The notes beneath the pieces are model-generated. The model was not told where the DNA came from and did no database searches. It saw only the letters and a program-made list of their open reading frames with translations. A program made the translations under genes and the position numbers. A stretch of DNA of 63,984 bases, counting the filler, from Octopus bimaculoides (lineage: Eukaryota): NCBI RefSeq assembly GCF_001194135.2. It is 8 parts of 6 records of this genome, joined end to end, with 100 filler letters (N's around TTAATTAATTAA, not from the genome) between each part and the next. Parts side by side here need not be neighbours in the genome. Positions count along the whole stretch, not along the records: positions 5,061 to 27,702 come from NC_069005.1; 7 more parts are not named here. One strand, written 5' to 3'. Shown here piece after piece: positions 11,025 to 22,608 of this stretch (positions are counted from its first letter, which is position 1; each line of letters starts with the position of its first letter).

Positions 11025-11658
11025 GATCTGTTCAGTTTGGCGCACAGATTTTTTAATAAATTTTTTTTTAACTAAACAGTTTGAAACTTCGTATACTGGT
11101 GGAATGTCTCACGCAGAACATGGTTTACTTTGAACATTTTTGACAAAATTTGTTATTTTAGAAGTTATTTCGTGTTAAAGTTGTCGTATTTGGGTAAATT
11201 CAACCAATCAACGACGTGTATTCAGTTGAAGAAAGCTACTGCTGTTTGCGAAAGTAATCGAAGCGAAACTACTTCCGGGTCTTCTCTACTAAAAGTCACC
11301 ACTCTGTTCTATTCGCATGTCGAGTGAAGGCGATGCCACCTTTATCCTTTCTTGTCAGCACCGTGCATTCCTTACTCTTTCTCTCCCGACCTTTAGTAGA
11401 GATGACCTGGAAGTTGTTCCTCTTCGATTACTATTGCAAACAGCAGTAGCTTCCTTCAACTGAATACACGTCATTAATTGGTTGAAATTAGCCAAATTCG
11501 ATAACTTTAACACGAAATAGCTTCTAAAATAACAAATTTTGTCAAAAATGTTCAAAGTAAACCATGTTCTGCGTGAGGCATTCCACCAGTATACGAAGTT
11601 TCAAGCTGTTTCGTTAAAAACATTAATTAAAAATTCTGTGAGCCAAATTGAGCAGATC
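11025..11658. mobile_element. Foldback element with inverted arms of about 270 bp and a spacer of about 90 bp, inserted into a family B SINE
   Basis: 11025-~11296 is the reverse complement of ~11388-11658. The flanks join into the family B motif GGTACTTAT..CATCGAC.CCGAAAGGATGAAAGG. Confidence 0.85.
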
Positions 11659-11757
11659 CTTTCATCGACTCCGAAAGGATGAAAGGCAAAGTCGACCTCG
11701 GCAGAATTTGAACTCAGAACATAAAAACAGATGAAATGCCGCTGTCAGCTTGCCCTC

Positions 11758-11826
<69 letters not shown>

Positions 11827-11829
<3 letters not shown>

Positions 11830-12383
11830 GCCCGGATGCAGTACCAGGCAGTGGTTCTCATGGCTTCTGATCTTAATTGATTGGAAGTGTTATCATGTAC
11901 AATGTTTTGTCTTGGTATAAAAGATGGGCTACAACAAATATTCTGCTCAATACCACAGATTTGCTTGTTAGTTGTTTGACCATATCCAGCTGAGCATGTC
12001 CTTTAGTGGCTGTCGATATGTGCATCTCTGATCATGAGCAGAAGTAGTGGGGATGCATCAAAGCCATGTGTTGCAAGGAATTCTTTGGCGGTTGAATAAT
12101 TCACCTTTGGAAACATGGGTGTTTTGCTCAACACACTTAAACAAACCTTATTCAGGGACTTTTTGAGCGGGATGGGCTATTCGACCTGGAGAAAATTCTA
12201 ACTGGGCCCCACCTGCGAGGTCATGCGCTGTTTATTTTGGTATGAGATCACCATGTAGCACACATATGGTTGTGATGCATGTGCCTGGTGTACTCTTATC
12301 AGACGGGTAGTCATGATGGGTATAATGGGCTTCGTATATTTTACCACAGTGTCACTTTGATGGCATGCACTGCTCTCTCACTC

Positions 12384-12420
<37 letters not shown>

Positions 12421-12582
12421 GCGCTGTTTATCTTGATATAAGGTCACCATGTCGCGCACATATGGTTATGGTGCATGTGCCTGGTGTACCCTTATCAGAT
12501 GGGTAGTTATAATGAGTGTACTGGGCTTCGTATATCTGTACCCCAGTGTTACTTCGATGGCATGCATTGCTCTCTCACTCAG
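11827..12582. repeat. About 560-bp interspersed element between (AAT)n tracts, plus a tandem partial duplicate (12421-12582) of its last about 165 bp
   Basis: 12223-12385 resembles 12421-12582. (AAT)n lies at 11760-11826 and 12385-12421. Confidence 0.7.
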
Positions 12583-14900
12583 TGATGATGATGATGATGA
12601 TGATGATGATGACGACGATGACGATTTCTTTTCATTGGCCACAAAGGCCCAAGATATGGAGGCATTGTCAAAGGACTAAAGCCAACACACGAAATAGACG
12701 AGCTTGTCACGGCTGGAACTAGAGTTCTGCCTGGCTAAGACTGACCAAAAGCTAAACAACAGCCACAACTTACTGCTCATAAACTTTAGTTAAATTTACC
12801 TTTTACAGATATTGATTTTTTTCACCTCCTCCGTTTACAGTGTTTAATCTGCATCTGGGTATCGATTACTGCCGAAGTATTGATTTCTAACGTGAAAACA
12901 AGGCTACATGTTTTCCCACGTGAGGAAGGAACCGTTTAAAACCCAGCACTTGACTACTACTTTAGTTTATTGGTATCTCAGTAAGGATTTAAAGTGTTGT
13001 TACTCTCACCAGTATTTGAACTCAGAACGTTAAAAAAGCCAGAGCTACATTTCACAATACATGTTGATTTTTTTACATTATCACCATGATTCAAATTTAA
13101 CGTAATATAGTCGATTTGATTTCTAATGTAATTATGTGTCTGTGTTCATATCTGTATTTACATAGCATTACAATATTATAGATTGAGTTTACTAAAATAA
13201 TACCAAACTTTAAAACAAAAGCAACCAAAGTCGAGCTGATTAAAAAAACTCTCAATTAAACTATTTCCCCAGAATAACTAAAAACCATTGCTAGAGAACG
13301 GGTAAAGAAAAAAAAATTAAAATATGACAAGGGAGAGAACTCTATCTTTTTACTTTGTTTTCTCCCTTGCAAAGTATAACTTTGTTAGTTCAAATGGTTT
13401 ATAATTTATTTATGGTTTTCAGCCAAGTGACTGCGGTCATGTACTTTTCTTTGAGAATGTTCCGAATTAGTTCATAGTTTGTAGTCTTTTACTGGTGATT
13501 TCTTCCTCGTTATTTTTCCACCAGAACATCAGAAGCACTTTGGATGAATCATTATCATTAGAAATAGGATATGTGAATTGAATGAAATTAATGCTCCTTC
13601 CCCAATTTTCAGGAATTTCGGGAGAGGAGATAAGTTGATTATATGGACGTCAGTGTTCAACTGATTCTTATTTTATCGACCCCGAAAGGATGAAAGCGAA
13701 GTTGACCTTGGCAATCATTTAATAGCATTAACAATGAAACAAAACTGGAACGAAAAATGTCGCAAAATAATTTATTTCCTTAAATCAGTTCTTTACCTGA
13801 CTAGACTGTTCTCAATCTTTTTTTTACTTGNNNNNNNNNNNNNNNNNNNNNNNNNNNNNNNNNNNNNNNNNNNNNNNNNNNNNNNNNNNNNNNNNNNNNN
13901 NNNNNNNNNNNNNNNNNNNNNNNNNNNNNNNNNNNNNNNNNNNNNNNNNNNNNNNNNNNNNNNNNNNNNNNNNNNNNNNNNNNNNNNNNNNNNNNNNNNN
14001 NNNNNNNNNNNNNNNNNNNNNNNNNNNNNNNNNNNNNNNNNNNNNNNNNNNNNNNNNNNNNNNNNNNNNNNNNNNNNNNNNNNNNNNNNNNNNNNNNNNN
14101 NNNNNNNNNNNNNNNNNNNNNNNNNNNNNNNNNNNNNNNNNNNNNNNNNNNNNNNNNNNNNNNNNNNNNNNNNNNNNNNNNNNNNNNNNNNNNNNNNNNN
14201 NNNNNNNNNNNNNNNNNNNNNNNNNNNNNNNNNNNNNNNNNNNNNNNNNNNNNNNNNNNNNNNNNNNNNNNNNNNNNNNNNNNNNNNNNNNNNNNNNNNN
14301 NNNNNNNNNNNNNNNNNNNNNNNNNNNNNNNNNNNNNNNNNNNNNNNNNNNNNNNNNNNNNNNNNNNNNNNNNNNNNNNNNNNNNNNNNNNNNNNNNNNN
14401 NNNNNNNNNNNNNNNNNNNNNNNNNNNNNNNNNNNNNNNNNNNNNNNNNNNNNNNNNNNNNNNNNNNNNNNNNNNNNNNNNNNNNNNNNNNNNNNNNNNN
14501 NNNNNNNNNNNNNNNNNNNNNNNNNNNNNNNNNNNNNNNNNNNNNNNNNNNNNNNNNNNNNNNNNNNNNNNNNNNNNNNNNNNNNNNNNNNNNNNNNNNN
14601 NNNNNNNNNNNNNNNNNNNNNNNNNNNNNNNNNNNNNNNNNNNNNNNNNNNNNNNNNNNNNNNNNNNNNNNNNNNNNNNNNNNNNNNNNNGAGGTAGAGT
14701 TGGAAAATGTGTTGAAAGTTGCTAATGAATGTATGGAGACGTAAATAACAGGAAAATGAGAAAATTACATTTATCACTCACCAAATATTATACAGGTTTG
14801 TTTATTTTTAATATGTACAATATATTGTAGTCAATGATTCCCTTGAAAATCTACCAATATATATTAACGACAGAGGTAGTGTTAATACCTTGAGGTAATA

Positions 14901-16462
14901 TTGGGTCATCCCGTAAATAATCCGATTTTTTTAGACTTCTTTTATTTTTCAAAATTAAGATAAACAATTTCTACAATGCTCTTTCATCTATCTGGTAGAC
15001 TTGCAAGGTCCCTCTTCCAAAATTCACTTGTCCATGGCGAAAAATACCCCTCCAGTAATGTTCTGACCTCGTCTACAGAGTTCATATTTTTTCCGTCCAA
15101 ATGATTTTGAAGACTGCAGAATGTCCGGCGAATATGGTGGGTGGGTGGGGACATCGTTGCCCATTCAAACTGCTCCAGCCTTTCGAATGTCATCCTCGCT
15201 GCTATATGTGGCTGAGCATTATCCTGATGGAAGAACATCTTTCGACTTGAAACCAAAGATGGTCGTTTTTCTTCTAACGCAGGTGTTGATGAATGGTTGA
15301 CTGACCAAGCTTCTCTGTTAATTAATATTTATTGGACAAAACAGAGAACACAATTGAAAAAATTAAAAACAAAAACAAAAAAAAAGAGAGAGAAGGGATT
15401 AAAAAAAACAAAAAACAATTCACCAAAAAGTTGGGGGCGCTGGGAAACGACTCTAATGGCTATTGAGACACGCCAGCACGCTTGCAGCGTTGCCGCGGGT
15501 GATGGCGAGGCATGCGCTGGAACAGCCAAATGCCCTCACGAACCTCACGAGTTACCTCTGTAAGGCGAGTTGCTAGTGAAGATAGGAATCTCGCAGTTAG
15601 TGGTCCGACTCCACCAAACGTCTCGAACGCCACAGGATGGGAAATGTTGTTGGCCGACAGATCATGATATTTCAGGATTTTGTTCCACTCGGCCACAGAA
15701 TTTGTGGATCTCGCCCTGACCGTAGCATCCAGGATGTGAGAAGAAACAAAGGAGTCGCTAACTGTGAGATCCCAGACAAGGCATCTGCCTTGCGACCAGG
15801 GGCACAAGATGAGGCGGTCAGGTCTCTTCCCATCACATCTGGACAAAGCAGATGGTTCCAAGATGGCGGGGATGTTTGCCTGGACCAAGTTCCTCTTGAG
15901 TATCAGGTTCAATTCTGTATGACGCACGATGCGACCAGCATTCAGTCGGCAAGAAAGGCCATGGAGGCCTGTGGAATCGAGGAGCCTGCTGCAACGACAG
16001 ATCAAACCCGTGTAAACGTCAGCTCCCACTCTGAGGACAATGGAGACACAGGATTGCAGGACGTCCTCATCGAGCTCTACGGATCTTCCAGGATGAGGCG
16101 CATCTTCTAGGCTGTAGTTTCGGCTCGGAATTTCTGGAACCACCGTTGACACTGGCTTACCTTTATTGTCCGATCCCCATATACTGCAGTAATATTCCTC
16201 ACACTTTCCGTTGCGTTGTTGCCTTTATTGAATTCATAAAGCAAAATATGTCGAATATGCTCCTTTGTCACTTCCATTATAGCTTTGAAAAAAACCAATT
16301 GTTAAAATCAAACTGCACACTTCAAAATTTTCACTAAGATTAAATACGAGGTAAAATTACTACCTGTTTTTACAGCAAGTTGATGCAGGTAGTTCATCCT
16401 GTCCCCCTCTGACTTTTAGTTTATGTAATTGAAAAAACCGCATTATTCATGGGATGACCCAA
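14901..16462 (-). mobile_element. Mariner (DD34D-type) element with intact ends and an internally replaced transposase
   Basis: TIRs TTGGGTCATCCCGTAAATAATCCG / CCGCATTATTCATGGGATGACCCAA, both flanked by TA. N-terminal HTH MEVTKEHIRHILLYEFNKGNNATE (ATG 16277). C-terminal remnant EEKRPSLVSSRKMFFHQDNAQPH (about 15277-14984). Confidence 0.9.
15453..16050 (-). pseudogene. CRE-like non-LTR retrotransposon C-terminal fragment: CCHC zinc knuckle plus restriction-like endonuclease
   Basis: Motifs CRC...GLHGLSC, RHTELN, LEP..L.R.DGKRPD, PWSQG..LVWD.TV.D, K..KY, P.AFETFG and FQR / LAITRGNAASVLACL (frameshift near 15510). Confidence 0.85.
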
Positions 16463-16483
16463 TAATTATGCCCACTTAAACAT

Positions 16484-16642
16484 GGCTGTTCTGTTATCCG
16501 GCGGAAGATACCATGAGAAAAACTCTTACATTGGCTTTTGGTAACAAATGCACTCTTGCTAAATACATTTTGTACGAAAAGCCTATATGAGAGTTTCTTT
16601 CATGATATTTACCGCAGGATAGTTTGTTCTAACAGAACATCC
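16484..16642. mobile_element. Small imperfect hairpin element (MITE-like)
   Basis: TGTTCTGTTA...CATGAGAAAAACTCT...GGCTTTTGGTAAC is inverted in 16570-16640. Confidence 0.65.
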
Positions 16643-16779
16643 ACGTATTCTACACCTCTTGTTCTACAGTATGTTATTTTCTACCGTAAATTCTCCACCT
16701 AATTTCCCAAAACCTAGACAGAGAGAACTGGTAAAATTGTTAGTGCATCGGACAAAAAGACTTAAATACCGCAGAGGCC

Positions 16780-18130
16780 AATTATGCTTTTCATCGATAA
16801 AATAAAATACCAGCCAAGTACCAATCGGTATAATTGACCTGCTCCTTGTCACTAAAATCGTTGGCCTTGTGCCAAAATTTGAAACTATAATTACTTCCCC
16901 TTCTAAGGCGGCGAGCTGGCAGAATCGTTAGCACACCGGACAAAATGCATAGCGACATTTCGTTCGTCTTTATGTTATAGGTTCACATGTCGCTGAGGTC
17001 GACTTTGACTTTCATACTTTCGGAATCAATAAAATAAGGACCAGTTGAGCACTGGGGGTCGATATAATCGACTAGCCCGCTCTCCAAAATTTCAGTGCCT
17101 AGAATACAAAGTATAATTACTTCCCTTCCTATAAGGTTAGTAGCTGGCAATATCGTTATCGCGTCGGACAAAATGCTTAGCGACATTTCTTCCGACTCTG
17201 TACATTCTAAGTTCAAATTCTGTGGAGATTAACTTTACATTTCATCATTTCAGGGTTAAACCCCTTCCTCTAAAATTGTTGGGCCATGTGCCTCGCTTTG
17301 CAACCACATGATTTCAAATTCAGGTTCCACTGCGTGTCACCTTGGGCCAGTGTTTTCTACTACAGCATCAGGCCGACCAATACCTTGCACTTGAAATTGG
17401 TTGACAGAAACTTTGTGGAAGCCCTGCCATATTTCGTTGAATGCACCGGTTCTCGTCCGATCACCGTAGTTGAGCAACTTCGAGCCTAATTAGTACTTAG
17501 ATGGGTGACCGTTTGGGAAACTAGGTGCTGTAAACATCTCACTTCTAAGTGCAGGAGTTGTAGTGTGGTAAGAAGTTTGCTTCCCGACCATATGGTTCCG
17601 AGTTCAATCCCACTGCATGGCAACTCAACCAAGTGTCTTCTACAATTGCCTAAGGGTTAGGGTTAGGGTTGTGAGTGGATTTGGTAGACGGAAACTGAAA
17701 GCAGCCCATCGCGTGCGTGTGTGTTTGCACTTGCACGCCATTTGACAACTGGTGTTGGTTTGTTTACGTCCCCGTAACTTAGCAGTCATGCATAAAAGAG
17801 ACAGACTAAGCACCAGACTTCAAATTAAATAGCGAGGGTGATTTGTTTGACTAAACACGTCAAGGCGATGCCCCAGCAAGGCGAAGTCCATTAAACAAGT
17901 AAAAGATAAAGACTCATTTGTTTATTATTTACAAGCCTAAAGGCAGCCGCCTGGCAGAATCGTTAACCTGCTGGACGAAATACTTAACGACATTTCGTCT
18001 GCCTTTATGTTCTGGGTTCAAATTCTGCCAAAGTCGACTTTGCTTTCATCCTTTCGTGGTCGATAAAATAAGTACCACTTGCGCACTGGGATTGACATTT
18101 CCTTCAAATTGCTGGTCCTGTGCCAAAATT
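16780..18130. mobile_element. Cluster of SINEs: family B at about 16780-16880 (-), 16905-17110, 17140-17260 and 17940-18130 (+); family A pieces at 17285-17430 and 17550-17910 (+)
   Basis: Recurring family A and B motifs. Confidence 0.7.
17651..17670 (+). repeat. Short interstitial telomeric repeat TAAGGGTTAGGGTTAGGGTT inside a family A SINE
   Basis: It replaces TCGGGCCGACCAAAGCCTT, which other family A copies (e.g. 47147-47166) carry at this position. Confidence 0.65.
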
Positions 18131-19224
18131 TTGAAATCATAATTCACAGGTTTTGTTACAGGAAGAAGTGTGACAACCAGGGATCCCTTTCATTTACGCA
18201 GATCTTTCGGGTGGCTGAGAGAATGAGGTTATCGCCAGACTCATCACTACGTCTAACCCTTCCACCCCAAAGCATCATCCCACTGGAATTCCGCCCTGCT
18301 CATATCTTTCCCATAGCTGTTGACTNNNNNNNNNNNNNNNNNNNNNNNNNNNNNNNNNNNNNNNNNNNNNNNNNNNNNNNNNNNNNNNNNNNNNNNNNNN
18401 NNNNNNNNNNNNNNNNNNNNNNNNNNNNNNNNNNNNNNNNNNNNNNNNNNNNNNNNNNNNNNNNNNNNNNNNNNNNNNNNNNNNNNNNNNNNNNNNNNNN
18501 NNNNNNNNNNNNNNNNNNNNNNNNNNNNNNNNNNNNNNNNNNNNNNNNNNNNNNNNNNNNNNNNNNNNNNNNNNNNNNNNNNNNNNNNNNNNNNNNNNNN
18601 NNNNNNNNNNNNNNNNNNNNNNNNNNNNNNNNNNNNNNNNNNNNNNNNNNNNNNNNNNNNNNNNNNNNNNNNNNNNNNNNNNNNNNNNNNNNNNNNNNNN
18701 NNNNNNNNNNNNNNNNNNNNNNNNNNNNNNNNNNNNNNNNNNNNNNNNNNNNNNNNNNNNNNNNNNNNNNNNNNNNNNNNNNNNNNNNNNNNNNNNNNNN
18801 NNNNNNNNNNNNNNNNNNNNNNNNNNNNNNNNNNNNNNNNNNNNNNNNNNNNNNNNNNNNNNNNNNNNNNNNNNNNNNNNNNNNNNNNNNNNNNNNNNNN
18901 NNNNNNNNNNNNNNNNNNNNNNNNNNNNNNNNNNNNNNNNNNNNNNNNNNNNNNNNNNNNNNNNNNNNNNNNNNNNNNNNNNNNNNNNNNNNNNNNNNNN
19001 NNNNNNNNNNNNNNNNNNNNNNNNNNNNNNNNNNNNNNNNNNNNNNNNNNNNNNNNNNNNNNNNNNNNNNNNNNNNNNNNNNNNNNNNNNNNNNNNNNNN
19101 NNNNNNNNNNNNNNNNNNNNNNNNNNNNNNNNNNNNNNNNNNNNNNNNNNNNNNNNNNNNNNNNNNNNNNNNNNNNNNNNNNNNNNNNNNNNNNNNNNNN
19201 NNNNNNNNNNNNNNNNNNNNNNNN

Positions 19225-19256
<32 letters not shown>

Positions 19257-19371
19257 CTATGATAAATTCCGTTAAGAACGTAATAGATTGGAGCTTAAAA
19301 TCTTGTCCACCTTCAGATTTCACGCACTTCCAGATTTGCATTTGGGCTTCTGTCATGTGTGAATAGATAAT

Positions 19372-19770
19372 AGAAAAAGTTTGGAGCCAATAAGGAGCGC
19401 AGTTGGACATTTATTTTCAATCACTACAATACCCACTTTAAAACTAGCAGAATCACCATCCCACTACATCAACACATTCAAAGCAGTTTGCTAACGGTCC
19501 TTCAGCAAGAACACACCTTTGATAAACTCAGTGGCTCCTACTAACTCCAGGCCACGACAGACAGAGAGGCTGCTCTTGGTACCGAGAATATGAACTTACG
19601 AAGACAATATTTACATATCACCTGAGGAAACACAACTAGATCTCATAATGCAGGGAAACGGTTGCATAATCAAGTACCTGCACGTCCGAGAACTACGTTG
19701 CGTAGAAACAATTGTAGTGATTAAAAAATAAATGTCCAATCCTACTCCTTCTTGTTGACTCCAATTTTAT
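19372..19770. mobile_element. MITE-like element with imperfect TIRs of about 55 bp
   Basis: TTGGACATTTATTTTCAATCACTACAAT (19403-19430) is inverted as ATTGTAGTGATTAAAAAATAAATGTCCAA (19711-19739), and the similarity extends outward to TTGGAG / CTCCAA. Confidence 0.7.
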
Positions 19771-20000
19771 GTTTGTATGTATGCATGTATGTACGAGTGA
19801 GTGGACAAACGAAAGAAGGTCACTCAACAAATTTATTGGGAGTTACATGTATGGATCAAACCAGTTTGATTCAAATTCGTTGGTACAACCATTTTGAATT
19901 CAAAGTGGTTGACGACTAGCTTCACGCTTGAAACTCATGAGTACCAGCGAATTTGTATCAAACTGTTTTGATCAATATATATATATACATAGATATATAC

Positions 20001-20031
<31 letters not shown>

Positions 20032-20369
20032 TGTATGTATGTATAGTGTGTATGTATGTAAGTGCCTTGTTCGGGGATACAACACGAGTTCCGATCCAGG
20101 AATTGAACACACGGCTTTGTGATCATGAGCTGAATATTATCTAACCCACTAATTACGACAATTTCCGTATGTGTTTGCGTGCGTGCGTGTGTGTGTGTGT
20201 GTGTGTGTGCGCGTGTATTCTGGATTTAGTACTTTGTTGCAAGAAAGCTTTGATCATGCACCGCGATGATCAAATGCTTCGATTTCAGTTTTGGTATTGA
20301 CCGCGTAGGAGCTTTTCTTGCCAAACTATTAACATACCATTTAGTTATACCACTTCCAATCCTTATCCT

Positions 20370-20880
20370 CATCCTTCTTCTTCTTCTTCTTCTTCTTCTT
20401 CTTCTTCTTCTTCTCCTCCTCCTCCTCCTCCTCCTTCCTCTTCTTCTTCTCCTCCTCCTCCTCCTCCTCCTCCTTCTTCTTCTTCTCCTCCTCCTCCTCC
20501 TCCTTCTTCTTCTTCTTCTTCTTCTTCTTCTTCTTCTTCTTCTTCTTCTTCTTCTTCTTCTTCTTCTTCTTTCCGGTAATAGCTGAATAGTTGTCTGTTA
20601 TTGTTCTTAGTCTACCTCTTGGTCTCCTCCCAGTAAGTTCGGCTAGAAGAATCCATCTTCTGATTCTTTCCTGTGACATTCTAATCTCACATGTCCATAG
20701 TACCAGAGCTGTTATCTCTCAATGCAGAGAAATAATTGATCGAACCGAAGAGGTGCCCTGATCTCCGAGCTGCGCACCTTGACCAGTAACTTTATTCTTG
20801 AGATCTTTCAGAGGAACCCCTTTTCGGTCACGTGTATTTGCGATTGTACTCTTTCGGCCATTGCCCAACATTAGGCACGA
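20370..20880 (-). mobile_element. 5'-truncated RTE-clade LINE 3' end with an (AAG/GAG)n tail
   Basis: Degenerate translation QIHVTEKGFL*KISRIKLLVKVRSSEIR...IER*QLWYYGHV..RMSQERIRRWILLAELTGRRPRGRLRT, followed by the trinucleotide tract at 20370-20570. Confidence 0.8.
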
Positions 20881-22238
20881 ATTGAAGATAGCAAGTTTTT
20901 TTGGTTTGTTTTTTAACCGCTTCTTTTCTGAGGAACGAATGCTGGATTTGGCGCATTATTGTATTCGCGCTAAATATAATTTTTGGATTTTAGCTTTTTA
21001 AAATGTACTCAAAACGGAATCATTATTTTGCTTGTTTTCCCTGTCTAGTCTTGTTAACTCTCTTTGCTTCCAGTGAAATTGTTACAATTTATTACTAAGA
21101 CGTCTAGAATATAGATGCCTCTTATCTTATTTTTGAAAATTAGTACTAAGTACTAATCTACTGTATCTATAATATTCCTGGTTAATCTTTTCCTTCATTT
21201 TTATGGTTTTTAATCTGTCTGGTTCATTATTTGCTAAGTATCTGTGTGTCTATGATTCGCCTGATTCTCTTATCATTTTTTCGTTCTATAACATACACCA
21301 ATAAGTACGAACATGGTTGTGTGGTTAAGACATTTGCTTCCCAATCACGTGGTTTTCAGTTCAGTCCCGTTACTTGGCATCTCGGGCAAGAATAATCTAC
21401 TATAGCCCCCGGGCCGACCAAAGCCTTGTATGAAGGAAACTCAAAGAAGCTCGTCGTTTATATACATACCATACATATGTAGCTGGTAGGTGTTGTTACC
21501 ACTTGTATTTGAGCTGATTGGATGACTGCTGGGTGTTGTATATGACTGCTGATGTTGGGAACTGACTGTTGGCTGGTATTTCTAGCGTCAGAGTTCAACA
21601 GTTGTACATAGAAGAAAATGACGAAATCCGTTGAGATGTTTACGAACAAACTTTATCTCTTATTGAGATAGTTCGGATGCTATTGTTCTTGATGTAATTG
21701 AAATAGTATTCTAAAAGTTACTGCTAGTCGTTGTGTTTCTGTGGATAATTCATTATACTAGCAAATCTACCCATCTACAATGGCGGCATAAAATGAGGGA
21801 GGAAGTGATATGCATTGAGAAATGTGTAAATGGACTTGATAGATTACTGGGTGATGTCTTAGAGAAATCACATTATTGTTGGTGGTACAGCTATATGACA
21901 TGTGTTTGCGATTAAGTGATATGTGATAACGATTCACTTCTGAAATACCAGCCTCTGTATCATGAATGGTTATGTGGACCACTCCTAACGAAAGCCAGAG
22001 CTTCCTTCGACCACTACATAAAAAGTATTAAGAAAAAAAATGTTATTTAGATATACTTTTATTTTAGTTGTTTACACTATTTTACGCTTGTTTATACTCT
22101 TATACATTCAAAGTTCACAAATTTCCTTATTTAATTATGAATCATATTCTTTTCGATAATATCTATATGTTAAATTGAAATTACGACAAACGTAAATAAA
22201 CAAACGAAGTTTGCTTTTAGAAGCGTTGAGATGTCTTT

Positions 22239-22592
22239 TAGAAGGTTAAAGAAGTGATTTTAAATTCTCAATCGCAGAATAATGCTAATAATATAACCTG
22301 AACAGGATAAACTACCCCTATTTTACAGAGAAAAGTGTAGGTGGCTAGCTGTGGACCCGAACTCACATCCCCGTCATTACATGTGACGATGCTTTGACCG
22401 ATTAAGCTAAACTACCCACTACAAATTCCTCTGCAAATTAAGATATATAAATCTCGCTTTATGAGACGCTCTCATATGTTAGCTCGCCACCTACACTTTT
22501 CTCTGCAAAATGGAGGTAGTTTATTCTGTTCAGGCTATATTATTAGCATTATTCTGCGATTGAGAATTTAAAATCACTTCTTTAACTTTCTA
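22239..22592. repeat. 112-bp inverted arms (22239-22350 and 22481-22592) enclosing a tRNA-like sequence
   Basis: The arms match as reverse complements, and both outer ends are TA. Confidence 0.85.
22344..22416 (-). pseudogene. tRNA-like cloverleaf (anticodon loop CATGTAA, nominal TGT/Thr); probably a pseudo-tRNA or SINE head
   Basis: Acceptor GGTAGTT/AGCTAGC (one mismatch), D stem GCTT/AAGC, anticodon stem CGTCA/TGACG, and T arm GTGAG-TTCGGGT-CCAC (defective). U33 is absent. Confidence 0.55.
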
Positions 22593-22608
22593 ATATCAAT
22601 ATGATTAC

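Noticed and set aside
13734-14777. Long ORFs spanning N gaps (also at 18-19, 28-31, 34, 45-46, 57-60 kb)
   Set aside because: They are open only because Ns contain no stops.
18150-18325. Peptide RKKCDNQGSLSFTQIFRVAERMR, faintly like ribosomal protein L12
   Set aside because: The similarity is too weak, it adjoins a SINE and a gap, and no other exons were seen.
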